This document shows positions 20,152 through 29,886 of a stretch of 64,000 nt of DNA, piece after piece (positions within the stretch are counted from its first letter, which is position 1; each line of letters opens with the position of its first letter). Source of the DNA: an uncultured Anaerolineaceae bacterium (GTDB lineage Bacteria; Chloroflexota; Limnocylindria; Limnocylindrales; CSP1-4); contig CAZABC010000002.1 of the NCBI GenBank assembly GCA_964483405.1, positions 39,756-103,755 of the forward strand, written 5' to 3'. The notes beneath the pieces are model-generated. The model was not told the origin of the DNA. It did not search any database and saw only the letters and a program-made list of their open reading frames with translations. The position numbers were made by a program, and so were the translations under genes.

Positions 20152-20387
20152 CAGTGGGCGGTGACCAACGTGCGAGCGTCTCCGTGTCGGCGCCGCGGTC
20201 CGCAAGCGATCCACGACGAGCTGATTGCCATCGGCCGGCGCCTGGGACCCGAGCGGACACGGACTCGGACGTGCCGGTTGACCGGCATCCTACACCCGCT
20301 CGCGAGGACGCTCCCACGGTACGAAGGTCCCGAGGCGGCGCGGCTCGACCGGGCGGTCCGGCTCGGCAGCGGTCGGGCGGGCCCTGC

Positions 20388-21029
20388 TCAGCCGGGGCCG
20401 AGGAGCGACCAGAGCGCGCCGAGGATGAGGAAGGGCCCGTACGGGACGTACGAGCGGAGGCTGATCCGGCGGAGCACGAGCAGGGCGACGATGACGACCC
20501 CGCCGACGAGGATCCCGGCGATGAGGCCGGCGATGAACCGCTCGACGCCGGCGAGCAGCCCGAACCCGACGAGGAACTTGACGTCGCCGAGCCCGAACGC
20601 GCCCGCGCCGAACGGGATCGACAGGGCGTACAGCCCGAGCGGGACGACGAGGGCGACGAGCGCGGCGAGCGGGAGGTCGGCCGGTCCGACGAACGGGCCG
20701 ATCCCGGCAAGGGCGACGACCACCGCCGCGACCGCGAGCGGCAGGGTCACCACGTCGGGCAGGAGCCGCTGGTCGAGATCGGTCGCGAAGAGCAGGACGA
20801 GCGCGATCGCCCAGGCCCCGAGGACGACGAGCGCCGGCGGGTCGGGGAAGCGGGCCGCGACCCCGGCGAGGGCGAGCGCGCCGACGACCCCGACGACCGG
20901 GGTCCGCCAGTCGGCCGGCCGGACCGCGGGGGCCGGTGGCTCGTGCTCCGGCCAGCGGGCGGCGATCCGGTCGGCGACGAGGCCCCAGGCCCCGCCGAGC
21001 GCGCCGAGGAGCACGACGAGCGAGCTCAT
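20388..21029 (-). CDS. Prepilin peptidase (A24 family; TadV/CpaA-like short form)
   Basis: Polytopic membrane protein with the GLGDVKFLVGFG catalytic-Asp motif. Confidence 0.8.
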   Translation of the reverse strand: MSSLVVLLGALGGAWGLVADRIAARWPEHEPPAPAVRPADWRTPVVGVVGALALAGVAARFPDPPALVVLGAWAIALVLLFATDLDQRLLPDVVTLPLAVAAVVVALAGIGPFVGPADLPLAALVALVVPLGLYALSIPFGAGAFGLGDVKFLVGFGLLAGVERFIAGLIAGILVGGVVIVALLVLRRISLRSYVPYGPFLILGALWSLLGPG

Positions 21030-21066
21030 CGGATCCCCCGGCGCGTGCCCGGCCGCCCCGGTCCGG

Positions 21067-22575
21067 TCAGGCGGGGCTGGCGCCGGCGAGCGCGAGCTCG
21101 ACGAGCGTGGCGTGGGAGGCGCCGGTCGCCCCGCGCGGGGCGTACGGCGCCGCCTTGCGGAAGTACGCAGTCCCGGCGATGTCGAGGTGGACCCACGGCA
21201 CGGTCACGAAGCGGCGGAGGAAGAGGGCGCTCTTGACGAGGCCGCCCTCGGCCGAGCCGGAGTTGACCATGTCGCCGTACCAGCTGTCCATCTCGGGCCA
21301 GTAGTCCTCGACGAGCGGGAGCTGCCAGAGGCGCTCGCCTGCCCGGGCCGCCGCGGCGGCCACCGCGTCGAACCAGGGCTGCGGGGCGCCGAAGCCGCCG
21401 GTCACGAGATGCCCGAGGGCTCGCGAGACCGCGCCGGTCAGCGTCGCCACGTCGACGACGTGGGTCGCTCCGAGGCGCTCGGCCCAGGTCATCGCGTCGC
21501 CGAGGATCAGGCGCCCCTCGGCGTCGGTGTTGGTGATGTCGACGTACTGGCCGTTGAGGGCGCGGACGACATCGCCGGGCCGGGCCGAATGGGGGCCGGG
21601 CATGTTCTCGACCGCCGGGGCGACCGCGAGGAGCGGCGTGCCCGGGGCGAGCCGGGCGACGGTCGCGATCGCCGCGATGACCGTGCAGGCCCCGGTCTTG
21701 TCCATCTTCATCTCTTCCATCCGGTCGGCCGGCTTGATGCTGATGCCGCCGGAGTCGAAGCAGACGCCCTTGCCGACGAGCGCGAGGTGCCGGTCGAGCG
21801 CGTCGCGCTCGCCTTCCCCGCCGGAGCGGAGGACGATCATCCGCGGCGGGTTGTCGCTGCCGCGACCGACCGCCAGGAACATCCCCATGCCGAGCTCGGC
21901 CGCCCGGACCTCGTCGATGACGTCGATCGACAGCCCGTGGGCCTCGGCGACGGCCCGCGCCTCCTCGGCGAGGACCTCGGGCGTGACCTCGTTCGCGGCC
22001 CGGTTGCCGAGCGTCCGGGCGAAGTTCGAGCCCTCGCCGACGATGATGCCGCGATCGGCGGCGCGGGCGACGGCCGGGTCGCCGGCAGCCGCGCCGACGA
22101 GGACGAGCGCGTCGAGGACCGGCGGCGCCGACTCGGCATCGGCGTGGTAGAGCGTCTTGGGATCGTAGCCGCCCTCGACGATCCCGCGGGCGACCTGGTC
22201 CGCGGCATCCGCCGGGCTCCCGGCCGCGGCGACGAGCGGGTCGAGCCAGACGGCGACCGTCGTGACCGGGCGACCGCCGAGCCGCCGCATCGCGCTCGCG
22301 GCGGCCTTGCGGACCGTCTCGCGGTCGAGCTCCGCGGGGTCGCCGAGCCCGACGACGAGGACCCGGGCCGCGGCGAGCGACCCGGCCGCCACGAGGACGG
22401 CCTGGTATCGCTTCCCGGTCAGCTCACGGAGCCGCGCGAGCGTCGCGAGCTCGCCGCCGGTCCGCCGGTCGATCTCCCCGAGCGGACCATCGAACGTCGG
22501 GTCCGCGACGACGGGGACGACGAGGACGTCGGCGGGGACGTCCCACGGCTGGTCGGTGACGAGGCGCAGCTGCAT
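21067..22575 (-). CDS. pepA: Leucyl aminopeptidase (M17)
   Basis: The M17 signature NTDAEGRLILGDA, VGKGVCFDSGGISIK and MKMDKTGA are present. Confidence 0.9.
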   Translation of the reverse strand: MQLRLVTDQPWDVPADVLVVPVVADPTFDGPLGEIDRRTGGELATLARLRELTGKRYQAVLVAAGSLAAARVLVVGLGDPAELDRETVRKAAASAMRRLGGRPVTTVAVWLDPLVAAAGSPADAADQVARGIVEGGYDPKTLYHADAESAPPVLDALVLVGAAAGDPAVARAADRGIIVGEGSNFARTLGNRAANEVTPEVLAEEARAVAEAHGLSIDVIDEVRAAELGMGMFLAVGRGSDNPPRMIVLRSGGEGERDALDRHLALVGKGVCFDSGGISIKPADRMEEMKMDKTGACTVIAAIATVARLAPGTPLLAVAPAVENMPGPHSARPGDVVRALNGQYVDITNTDAEGRLILGDAMTWAERLGATHVVDVATLTGAVSRALGHLVTGGFGAPQPWFDAVAAAAARAGERLWQLPLVEDYWPEMDSWYGDMVNSGSAEGGLVKSALFLRRFVTVPWVHLDIAGTAYFRKAAPYAPRGATGASHATLVELALAGASPA

Positions 22576-22657
22576 CTGGTCCAGATCCTCCCGGGTGGGC
22601 GGCCGCAGCGCATCACGCCGCCGGCCGTCGGCCAGTGTACCCCGCCGACCGGTCCCG

Positions 22658-23671
22658 TCAGCCCCCGGTCGCGTCGGCCCCGGCGCCGACCTCGAGGTCG
22701 GCGAGGGCGTCGTCGAGCGCCGCTCGCGTCTCCTCGATCGCGATCGCGATCTCGTTGATCCCGCCCCGGGCGATCTCGGCGAGGATGATCGTGAGCCCGC
22801 GGGTGTCGGGCGGGAGTCGGTCCTTCGCGTCGCGCTCGGTCGCGAATGCCGCGCGGACCTCGTCGTTCACCCGGCCGCCGGAGCGCGCCAGCGCGTCGTA
22901 CAGGCCACGGAGCGCCTTGTCGTAGGCCGCGTTGCGGTCGATCCACTCGGTAAGGGTGACCACGTCGACGGTGTTCGCCAGCCGATCGCGGAGCAGCCGG
23001 GCCTCGGCGATCAGCGCGTCGGACGTGTCGAGGCCGGCGAGCGCCTCGTCGTACCGGCCGGACCGGCCGGAGGCCGCCGCGGCCGCCGTCGTCGCGTCGT
23101 GGTCGATCAGCAGCGTCGTCAGCCGCTGGGCGGCGAGGCTCGCCGCGCTGAAGCGGGTCCAGTCGGCCGCGAGGACCCGGGTCTCGCGGAGCGCCCGGTC
23201 GAGCCGCTCGAAGCGGCGCATCGCCGCGCCGTCGAGGGCCAGGGCGGTCCGCGGCGAGAGGTCGCCGTTCGGGTCGAGCACGATCGCCGGCAGGTCGAGC
23301 AGCGACGCCCGCAACTCGGCCACCGCCGCGTCGACGGCCTCGGCCGTGCCGCTGCCCTCCTCGATGCTCTCCTCGAGCAGCCCACGGTCGGTCGCCACGA
23401 GGGCCGCGAGCGCGGTCCGGGCGGACAGGCTGAGGGCGGCGACGTCGTCCCGGATGGCCTCGAGGTCGGCCTTGGCCGCCGTGAGACCGGGCTCGATGGC
23501 CCGGTCGCCGGCCCAGGTGAGCTCCGGCCGGGCCGGGCCCCCCGGCGGGCCGCCGATCCCCGTCGCGATCCCGGCGGCGCCGAGCGCGATGAGCGTCGCG
23601 GCGACGAGCCAGCCGACGGCTAGGACGATGGAGCGGGCGAGCGCGGCCGGACGGGATCGCATCCGCGTCAT
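22658..23671 (-). CDS. Hypothetical membrane-anchored, Ala-rich protein
   Basis: 337 aa with an N-terminal TM and coding-like GC3. I recognise no motif. Confidence 0.5.
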   Translation of the reverse strand: MTRMRSRPAALARSIVLAVGWLVAATLIALGAAGIATGIGGPPGGPARPELTWAGDRAIEPGLTAAKADLEAIRDDVAALSLSARTALAALVATDRGLLEESIEEGSGTAEAVDAAVAELRASLLDLPAIVLDPNGDLSPRTALALDGAAMRRFERLDRALRETRVLAADWTRFSAASLAAQRLTTLLIDHDATTAAAAASGRSGRYDEALAGLDTSDALIAEARLLRDRLANTVDVVTLTEWIDRNAAYDKALRGLYDALARSGGRVNDEVRAAFATERDAKDRLPPDTRGLTIILAEIARGGINEIAIAIEETRAALDDALADLEVGAGADATGG

Positions 23672-23749
23672 CGTCGCACAGCCCGCGGCGGCGGGCGCGT
23701 GAGGGTGCCGCAGTGGGACGGCCGCGGCGCCGGTGAGCCCGGCGCCCCC

Positions 23750-24721
23750 TCAGCCCGCCGAGACCGCCGGCCGGGTGACGACCCGGTCCTGGTCCTTCGG
23801 CTTGCGCCGGAGGTAGCCGAGCCGGCCGGCCATGTCGGTCGGGGCGAACCCGAACTCGGCCTCGACACCGTCGAAGCGGTCGGTGATGTTGTCGAGCTTG
23901 AGCTGGCGGAGCTGGTCCGAGGCGACCGGGAACGGGATCCGGAGCGCCTCGCTCATCCGCGCGACGAACGAGATGAGCGGGATCGGCATCCCGACGATCG
24001 CCCGCTTCGCGCCCATCCCGGCCATCACCTCGCGGAGGATCTGCCTGTACGTCCAGTGCCGCGGACCGCCGAGGTCGAACGCCCGGCCGACGGTCGCGTC
24101 GTTCTCGAGGGCGATCCCGACGATCCGGGCGGTGTCGAGGACCGCGATCGGCTGGAAGCGGGCGTCGCCGCCGCCGGGGACCGGGACGATGCCGGGCGAC
24201 ATCCTGACGAGACCGGCGAGGATGTTGAAGAAGCCGTCGCGCTCGCCCCACATCAGCGAGGGCTTGAGGATCGTCCAGTCGAGGCCGGACTCGCCGACGA
24301 GCCTCTCGGCCTTCGCCTTCGAGCTCGCGTAGTGGAGCGACGGATCGTCCTCGACCCCCATCGCCCCGAGGTGGATGAGGCGCCGGACGCCGGCCGCCTT
24401 CATCGCCTCGATCACGTTGCGGGTGCCCTCGGTGTTGACGAGCCGGAGGCTCGCCCCGCCGTCTCGGTCGCGGGCGATGGCGACGAGGTGGACGACCGCG
24501 TCGACGCCGGCCATCGCCGCCGGCAGGCTCGCCGGATCGGTGACGTCGCCGTGGCGGAGCTCGACCGCGGCCTGGCGGGCCGGGACGAGCCGGCCGACGA
24601 CCTTCTCCCCTGCCCGCTCGTCGCGGACGAGCGCCACGACGCGGTGCTCGCGCTCGAGGAGCGCGGGGACGACGTAGCTGCCGACGAAGCCGCTGGCGCC
24701 GGTGACGAGGACGGTGGCCAT
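23750..24721 (-). CDS. NAD(P)-binding atypical SDR (NmrA / complex I NDUFA9-like epimerase-dehydratase family)
   Basis: It starts MATVLVTGASGFVGSYVVPALL (Rossmann GxxGxxG). The ORF upstream of this Met is Arg-rich junk. Confidence 0.8.
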   Translation of the reverse strand: MATVLVTGASGFVGSYVVPALLEREHRVVALVRDERAGEKVVGRLVPARQAAVELRHGDVTDPASLPAAMAGVDAVVHLVAIARDRDGGASLRLVNTEGTRNVIEAMKAAGVRRLIHLGAMGVEDDPSLHYASSKAKAERLVGESGLDWTILKPSLMWGERDGFFNILAGLVRMSPGIVPVPGGGDARFQPIAVLDTARIVGIALENDATVGRAFDLGGPRHWTYRQILREVMAGMGAKRAIVGMPIPLISFVARMSEALRIPFPVASDQLRQLKLDNITDRFDGVEAEFGFAPTDMAGRLGYLRRKPKDQDRVVTRPAVSAG

Positions 24722-24828
24722 GGATGGGGTCCCTTTCGCGCTCGATCGGCGTGGTCTCGGCCGCCGGTCACCACGTATTCGGCCCGCGGGCCGTCGCGGA
24801 TGCCCGGCGGGGCGTAGCATCACCCGCC

Positions 24829-25890
24829 ATGGAGCCTCTGGCCAGCGCCGAACGGCTCGCCCTCCTCGCCCGGATGCCGAAGGCGGAGCTGCATCTCCAC
24901 CTCGACGGCTCGCTGCTCGTCGAGACCGCCATCGAGCTCGCCCGCTCGCGCGGCGTCGACGCGCCGCTGGATCGGGCCGCGATGCGGGCCGCCCTCGTCG
25001 CCCCACCGGTCTGCGCCGACCAGCGCGATCTCCTCCGGGCCTTCGACCTGCCGATCCGGCTGCTCCAGGACGCCGAGGCGCTCGAGCGGGTCGCGGCGGA
25101 GCTCGTCGAGGCGAAGGCCGCCGACGGCGTCCGCTACTGCGAGATCCGCTGGGGTCCGCTGCTCCACGTCGAGCGCGGCCTGGATCTCGCCGATGGGATC
25201 GCCGCGGTCATCCGGGGCGGGTCGGACGCCGCCCGGCGACGCGGCATCGAGGTCCGCTTCATCTGCACCGCGCTCCGGACCCACGACCCCGTGGCGAACG
25301 TCACCCTGGCCGAGACGGCCGCCCGGTTCCGCGGCGACGGCCTGGTCGGCTGGGATCTCGCGGGCCGCGAGGCCGACGCGCCCGATCCGCTCGATCATGC
25401 CGCGGCGTACGCGGCCGCCCGGGCCGCCGGCCTCCGGATCACGATCCACGCCGGGGAGTGGGGCGGTGCGGCGCAGGTCCGGCGGGCCCTCGCGGTCGAG
25501 CCCGAACGGATCGCCCACGGTCCCGGCGCGATCGACGACCCGGGCCTCATGGCCGAGCTCATCGACCGCGGCATCACCCTCGACCTCGCCCCCACGAGCA
25601 ATACCCAGGCCGCGGTCGTCCCGTCGCTCGAGGCGCACCCGCTCGCCCGGCTCCACCGGGCCGGCGTGCCGGTCTCCCTCAGCACCGACGACCTGACGGT
25701 CTCCGACCTGTCGCTGTCCGAGGAGTACCGCCGGGCAGTCGAGCGGATCGGGCTGACTCTGCCCGAGCTCTGGGCGATCGACCGCCACGCCCTCGACTGC
25801 GCCTTTGCCGACGAGCCGACGCTCGCCGGCCTGCGGGCGGCCTTCGACGCCTGGGCGGCCGGCGAGCCGGCGGTCGCCCCCGTCGCCTGA
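24829..25890 (+). CDS. add: Adenosine deaminase
   Basis: HLHLDGS, ITIHAGEW and SLSTDD metal-ligand motifs are present. Confidence 0.9.
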   Translation: MEPLASAERLALLARMPKAELHLHLDGSLLVETAIELARSRGVDAPLDRAAMRAALVAPPVCADQRDLLRAFDLPIRLLQDAEALERVAAELVEAKAADGVRYCEIRWGPLLHVERGLDLADGIAAVIRGGSDAARRRGIEVRFICTALRTHDPVANVTLAETAARFRGDGLVGWDLAGREADAPDPLDHAAAYAAARAAGLRITIHAGEWGGAAQVRRALAVEPERIAHGPGAIDDPGLMAELIDRGITLDLAPTSNTQAAVVPSLEAHPLARLHRAGVPVSLSTDDLTVSDLSLSEEYRRAVERIGLTLPELWAIDRHALDCAFADEPTLAGLRAAFDAWAAGEPAVAPVA

Positions 25891-25904
25891 CCCGCCCCGG
25901 TCGC

Positions 25905-26789
25905 CTAGCCCGCCCCGGTCCCCCCGCCCGCCTCGCCGCCCGACGGATCGGAGGCCGCCAGCCGCGCGAGCGCCTCGGCGAGCCCCGCCGCGTCCTCGAC
26001 GACGGCCGTCGGCCGCTCGGCGGTCGGCAGCGCCTCGACCTCCTCGAGCCGGGTGACCCCGGTCAGCATCAGGACGGAGCGCGCCCCGACCGCACGGGCG
26101 GCCGCGAGGTCGGTCGCGAGCCCGTCGCCGATCATCACCGCGTCGCGGGCCTTGCCGCCGGCGGCGTGGGCGGCGAGCTCGAGCAGGTGCGGAGCCGGCT
26201 TGCCGATCGAGACCGGCACGACGCCCGTCGTCGCCTCGACCGCGGCGACGATCGACCCCGCGCCAGGCCGGAGGGCGCGCTCGGTCGGGTAGACCGGGTC
26301 GCGGTTCGTGGCGACGAACGCGGCCCCGGCCCGGATCGCGTCGGCGGCGGCGGCCAGGCGGAGGTACGTCAGCTGCGGGTCGAGCCCGACGACGACGGCA
26401 TCGGGGCGTCCGGCCGCGTCCGCGCCGTCGATGCCCTCCTGGGCCATCCGCGTCGCCGCGTGGGCCGCCGTCACGACGTCGAGACCGACGTCGCGCAGCT
26501 CGCGCTCGAGGCCGCCGGCGCCCAGGACGAGGACCCGCCGGACATCGGGGCGACGCTCGACCAGGTAGGCCGCCGTGGCGCGGGACGACGACACGATCCG
26601 GTCGGCCGAGACCGGGGCGCCCATCGCGGCCAGCCGGGTCAGGTAGTCGGCCCGGTAGTGCATCGAGTTGTTCGTCACGTAGACGACCGCGTCGCCGGCG
26701 GCCGCCCGCTCGGCGAGGACCGCCGCGACGCCCGGGACCGGGTCGGCGCCGCGGTAGACGACGCCGTCGAGATCGACGAGGAGGAGCAT
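25905..26789 (-). CDS. HAD-IIA family hydrolase (NagD-like)
   Basis: It starts MLLLVDLDGVVY (motif I); VTNNS and the GDGLATD motifs follow. The rest of the 1112-aa ORF upstream is antisense shadow. Confidence 0.8.
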   Translation of the reverse strand: MLLLVDLDGVVYRGADPVPGVAAVLAERAAAGDAVVYVTNNSMHYRADYLTRLAAMGAPVSADRIVSSSRATAAYLVERRPDVRRVLVLGAGGLERELRDVGLDVVTAAHAATRMAQEGIDGADAAGRPDAVVVGLDPQLTYLRLAAAADAIRAGAAFVATNRDPVYPTERALRPGAGSIVAAVEATTGVVPVSIGKPAPHLLELAAHAAGGKARDAVMIGDGLATDLAAARAVGARSVLMLTGVTRLEEVEALPTAERPTAVVEDAAGLAEALARLAASDPSGGEAGGGTGAG

Positions 26790-26831
26790 GGCCGAAGGGT
26801 AGCCGCGGCGGCGGTGCGGCATCATGGCGTC

Positions 26832-27446
26832 GTGCCCGCCCGCCGACCGTCGCACCCGCCGCCGCCCGCGCGCGATCCCCTCGAGGGCGTCGAGCGGCTC
26901 CTCGTCGACGGCAACAACCTGCTCCACGCCCTCCGGCGCGGGCTGGGCGGCGGGCCGGCCGCCGCGGTCGTCGGTCGCCTCCGGGCCGCGGTGCCGGCGA
27001 CGGTCTCGATCGAGATCGTCTTCGACGGGCCGCCCGAGCCAGGGTCGAGCGGCCGCGTCGCGTCCGGCGTCCGGGTCCGCTACTCCGGCACCCGCTCGGC
27101 CGACGCGGTCCTCGTCTCGATGGTCGACGTGGCCGAGCCGCCGGCGCCCGGGGCGGATCCGACGATCCTCGTCTGCACCGACGACACCGAGCTCCGCCAC
27201 GTCCTCCGTCGCCACGGCGCCGGCACCGTCGGCACCGGCTGGCTCATCCGCCGGCTCGACCGCGCTCGCCTCGCCGCCCCCTCGGTCGGGGCGGGCCGGC
27301 CCCGCCCGACCGCCGGCCCGACCGGCCCGGAGGGCGACGAGGACGCGCGTCCGGGCTGGCGCCCCGGACGGGGCGCGACCGCCAAGACCGGCAACCCGCG
27401 GCGGGCCCCCGGACGCGGCCCACGGCCCCCGCGGCCGGGCTGCTAG
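26832..27446 (+). CDS. NYN-domain (YacP-like) protein with a disordered Arg/Pro-rich tail
   Basis: LLVDGNNLLHALRR...ILVCTDDTELR fits the NYN/PIN-like fold. The start is uncertain (GTG 26814 or 26832). Confidence 0.6.
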   Translation: MPARRPSHPPPPARDPLEGVERLLVDGNNLLHALRRGLGGGPAAAVVGRLRAAVPATVSIEIVFDGPPEPGSSGRVASGVRVRYSGTRSADAVLVSMVDVAEPPAPGADPTILVCTDDTELRHVLRRHGAGTVGTGWLIRRLDRARLAAPSVGAGRPRPTAGPTGPEGDEDARPGWRPGRGATAKTGNPRRAPGRGPRPPRPGC

Positions 27447-27455
27447 GATGCGCCC

Positions 27456-27926
27456 GTGATCGACCAGCTCGGCGTCTGGTGGCAGGCGCTCCTCGACTTC
27501 ACCGCCAAGATCGTCATGCCCGACTGGGGCTGGCTGATCTCGATGATCCCGGTCTTCGTCCTCATCGGCGTCGTCGGTCCGCTCCTCACGCTGCTCCTCC
27601 TCTACTGGCTCGTCTACGGCGTCCTCAAGCCGCGGACCGCGGTCCGCTTCGCGACGGGTCCGACCGCCGCCCCGCTCGCCGCGGATGGCACGCCGGTCTT
27701 CCCGGTCGGCGAGCCGTACTCGCTCCGGAGCGGCCTCGTCTACCCGCCCGGCACGACCCGTGACGACGCCGGCGAGCCGCTCGTCGTCACCTGCCCCAAG
27801 TGCGGCCTCGGCCGGAGCGCCGAGATCGACACCTGCGGCAGCTGCGGCCTCATCCTCCGGATCGCCCCGCGGGCGCGGACGATCCGGCCAGCCGGTCCGC
27901 CACCCGGCGGCGCGACCATCGCCTAG
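27456..27926 (+). CDS. Small membrane protein with a C-terminal CxxC...CxxC zinc ribbon
   Basis: Two predicted TM helices, then TCPKCGLGRSAEIDTCGSCGLIL. The ATG lies 10 nt after the NYN stop. Confidence 0.6.
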   Translation: MIDQLGVWWQALLDFTAKIVMPDWGWLISMIPVFVLIGVVGPLLTLLLLYWLVYGVLKPRTAVRFATGPTAAPLAADGTPVFPVGEPYSLRSGLVYPPGTTRDDAGEPLVVTCPKCGLGRSAEIDTCGSCGLILRIAPRARTIRPAGPPPGGATIA

Positions 27927-28049
27927 CGGCGAGGGCCCGACGACCTCGGTCGACCGACCGGGCCGGGCTCCCCCGTCCCACTCGAAACCCGGCGACCGGC
28001 GACGGCGTCGGAGCGGCGTCCCACCCGAGCGCCACGGAGCCACAGCGAC

Positions 28050-28994
28050 ATGGATCCCACCACCCTCTCCGGTGCCGCGTTCGCCCTCGGGGTCATCGTC
28101 CTGCTCGTCGCCTTCGCCGCGAACGTCGGCCACGCGGTCCTCCTCGCCAGCGAGCGGCGCTCGCTTCGGGTCGCGGCGGCGGCGCATCAGCCGGCCTACG
28201 CGGGGGTCGCGACCGGCTCGTTCGTGACCGCGACGACGAGCGCGGCGCGCGGTCCCGGCCCGCTCGCGGCAGCCGCCACGCCGCTGTCGGGCGCCGCGAT
28301 CGCGACGACCGTCGTCGCCTTCGGGCTGCTGGCCGCCTCGCTCGTCCTGCGGGCGGTCGTCGTCGGCCGCGGTCCGTGGGGCAACCTCTACGAGTACAGC
28401 GTCGCCTTCGCCGCGAGCATCCTGCTCGGCTACCTCGTCCTCGGGCGCTCGTACCCGATCCGGGCGATCGGCTTCATCCCGGTCGGCGTCGCCGCTGGCC
28501 TGGCGCTCTACGCGGCGTCGCTCCCGTCCGACGTCCGGCCGCTGGTTCCGGCGCTCCAGAACGCGCCGCTCCTGACGATCCACGTCGGGATGGCGGTCCT
28601 CGCCTACGGCATCTTCGCGACCGCCTTCGCCGCGGGGGTCGGCTACCTCGCCCAGGGGACCGGCGACCGCTTCGCCTGGCTGCCGTCGCACAAGGTCCTC
28701 GACCAGGTCGCCCACCGGGCGGTCATCATCGGCTTCCCGATCTTCGCGACGATGATCATCCTCGGGTCGTGGTGGGCCTCGATCGCCTGGTCGCGCTACT
28801 GGGGCTGGGACCCGAAGGAGACGGCCGCCCTCGTCACCTGGCTCATCTACGCGGTCTATCTCCACGCCCGCCACCGGAAGCGCTGGGCCGGCCGGCCGGC
28901 GGCGCTCCTCCTCGTCATCGGCTTCGGGATGGTCCTGGTCACGTACTCGGGCTCGCTCTGGTTCAGCGGCCTCCACTCGTACAGCGGGCTGTAG
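28050..28994 (+). CDS. ccsA: Cytochrome c-type biogenesis protein CcsA/ResC (heme-handling WWD family)
   Basis: Polytopic membrane protein with the W-rich motif GSWWASIAWSRYWGWDPKE and conserved His residues. Confidence 0.8.
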   Translation: MDPTTLSGAAFALGVIVLLVAFAANVGHAVLLASERRSLRVAAAAHQPAYAGVATGSFVTATTSAARGPGPLAAAATPLSGAAIATTVVAFGLLAASLVLRAVVVGRGPWGNLYEYSVAFAASILLGYLVLGRSYPIRAIGFIPVGVAAGLALYAASLPSDVRPLVPALQNAPLLTIHVGMAVLAYGIFATAFAAGVGYLAQGTGDRFAWLPSHKVLDQVAHRAVIIGFPIFATMIILGSWWASIAWSRYWGWDPKETAALVTWLIYAVYLHARHRKRWAGRPAALLLVIGFGMVLVTYSGSLWFSGLHSYSGL

Positions 28995-29064
28995 CCGATC
29001 GATCAGGCGGCCGCGACGAGCGGCGATACGTGCCGGGTGAGTCGCCGCGGGCATCGTTCCCGGC

Positions 29065-29658
29065 ATGGCGGACCCACATCTCGGCCGCGCCGTCCGGGCC
29101 GTTCGCATCCGGAGGGGCCGGCGCCCGGGCGACCTGGCGGCCCGGGTCGGCGTGTCGCGACAGCTCGTCAGCCGGATCGAACTCGGGCACGCCGACGGCG
29201 TTCCGCTCGGGACGTTGCGTCGGGTCGTCGGCGGGCTCGGCACGACGCTTCAGCTGGTGCCGCGGTGGCAGGGCGGTGACCTCGACCGTCTGCTCGCGGC
29301 CCGCCACTCCGCGCTCCAAGAGTCCGTGGCGGCGGTGCTGGCCGACCTCCCGGGGTGGGAGACCCGGCCCGAGGTCACGTTCAGCATCTATGGCGAGCGG
29401 GGCGCCATCGACATCCTCGGCTGGCACGAACAGACCCGGACACTGCTGGTGATCGAGCTGAAGACCGAGATCGTGGACGTCGGGGAGCTCCTCGCGACGC
29501 TCGACCGCAAGGTCCGGCTCGCCCCACGGATCGCGCGTGACCAGGGTCGAGCGTCCGAGCGCGTGTCGGCCTGGGTCGTCCTGGCCGACTCGACGACGAA
29601 CCGGCGTCGCGTCTCGGCACACCGCAAGGTCCTGCACCGCGCCGCCGCTCCTAATTGA
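29065..29658 (+). CDS. XRE-family helix-turn-helix transcriptional regulator with an uncharacterized C-terminal domain
   Basis: The HTH is LAARVGVSRQLVSRIELG. About 130 C-terminal residues have no motif I recognise. Confidence 0.7.
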   Translation: MADPHLGRAVRAVRIRRGRRPGDLAARVGVSRQLVSRIELGHADGVPLGTLRRVVGGLGTTLQLVPRWQGGDLDRLLAARHSALQESVAAVLADLPGWETRPEVTFSIYGERGAIDILGWHEQTRTLLVIELKTEIVDVGELLATLDRKVRLAPRIARDQGRASERVSAWVVLADSTTNRRRVSAHRKVLHRAAAPN

Positions 29659-29834
29659 AACATCTGTTCTAGCATCGACCGGCGACGCCAGCACCGAACC
29701 GGGCCCCGAGGCCGCTCGATCGGCCCGCGTCGTCCGCCTCGTGGATGATCAGGCGGGGCCATGTGGACGGACCGGCGGCGCCGTGTGGACGACCGCCGAC
29801 GGGCGGTGGACAGCCAGTGGACGAACGCGGCCGA

Positions 29835-29886
29835 ACCACAACATGTAGCGTTCGGGGGTGCGTTCGGACCACGACATATTGTGGTC
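29835..29886 (+). promoter_or_regulatory. Two tandem NrdR-box-like imperfect palindromes (CCACAACATGTAGCGT and CCACGACATATTGTGG) about 33 bp apart, upstream of nrdJ
   Basis: Each matches about 12/16 positions of the published NrdR consensus acaCwAtATaTwGtgt. Spacing and location (about 300 bp before the nrdJ start) are typical for NrdR regulation. Confidence 0.45.

Noticed and set aside
24702-27446. 914-aa plus-strand ORF
   Set aside because: It is a composite. It runs antisense through the SDR gene and through add/HAD in a different frame. Only its last about 205 codons (the NYN-domain protein) are credible.
26824-27459. ATG-initiated 211-aa ORF overlapping the NYN gene in another frame
   Set aside because: The translation is Arg/Ser/Pro junk. 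The NYN motif (DGNNLLH) is in the other frame, which has coding-like GC3.
25905-29243. 1112-aa minus-strand ORF
   Set aside because: Only its C-terminal 295 aa (the HAD-IIA hydrolase) look real. The upstream part is antisense to the NYN, Zn-ribbon and ccsA genes and has junk composition.
29656-29680. TTGAAA ... TAGCAT promoter-like hexamers after the XRE gene
   Set aside because: The spacing between the hexamers is only about 9 nt, which is incompatible with a sigma-70-type -35/-10 arrangement.
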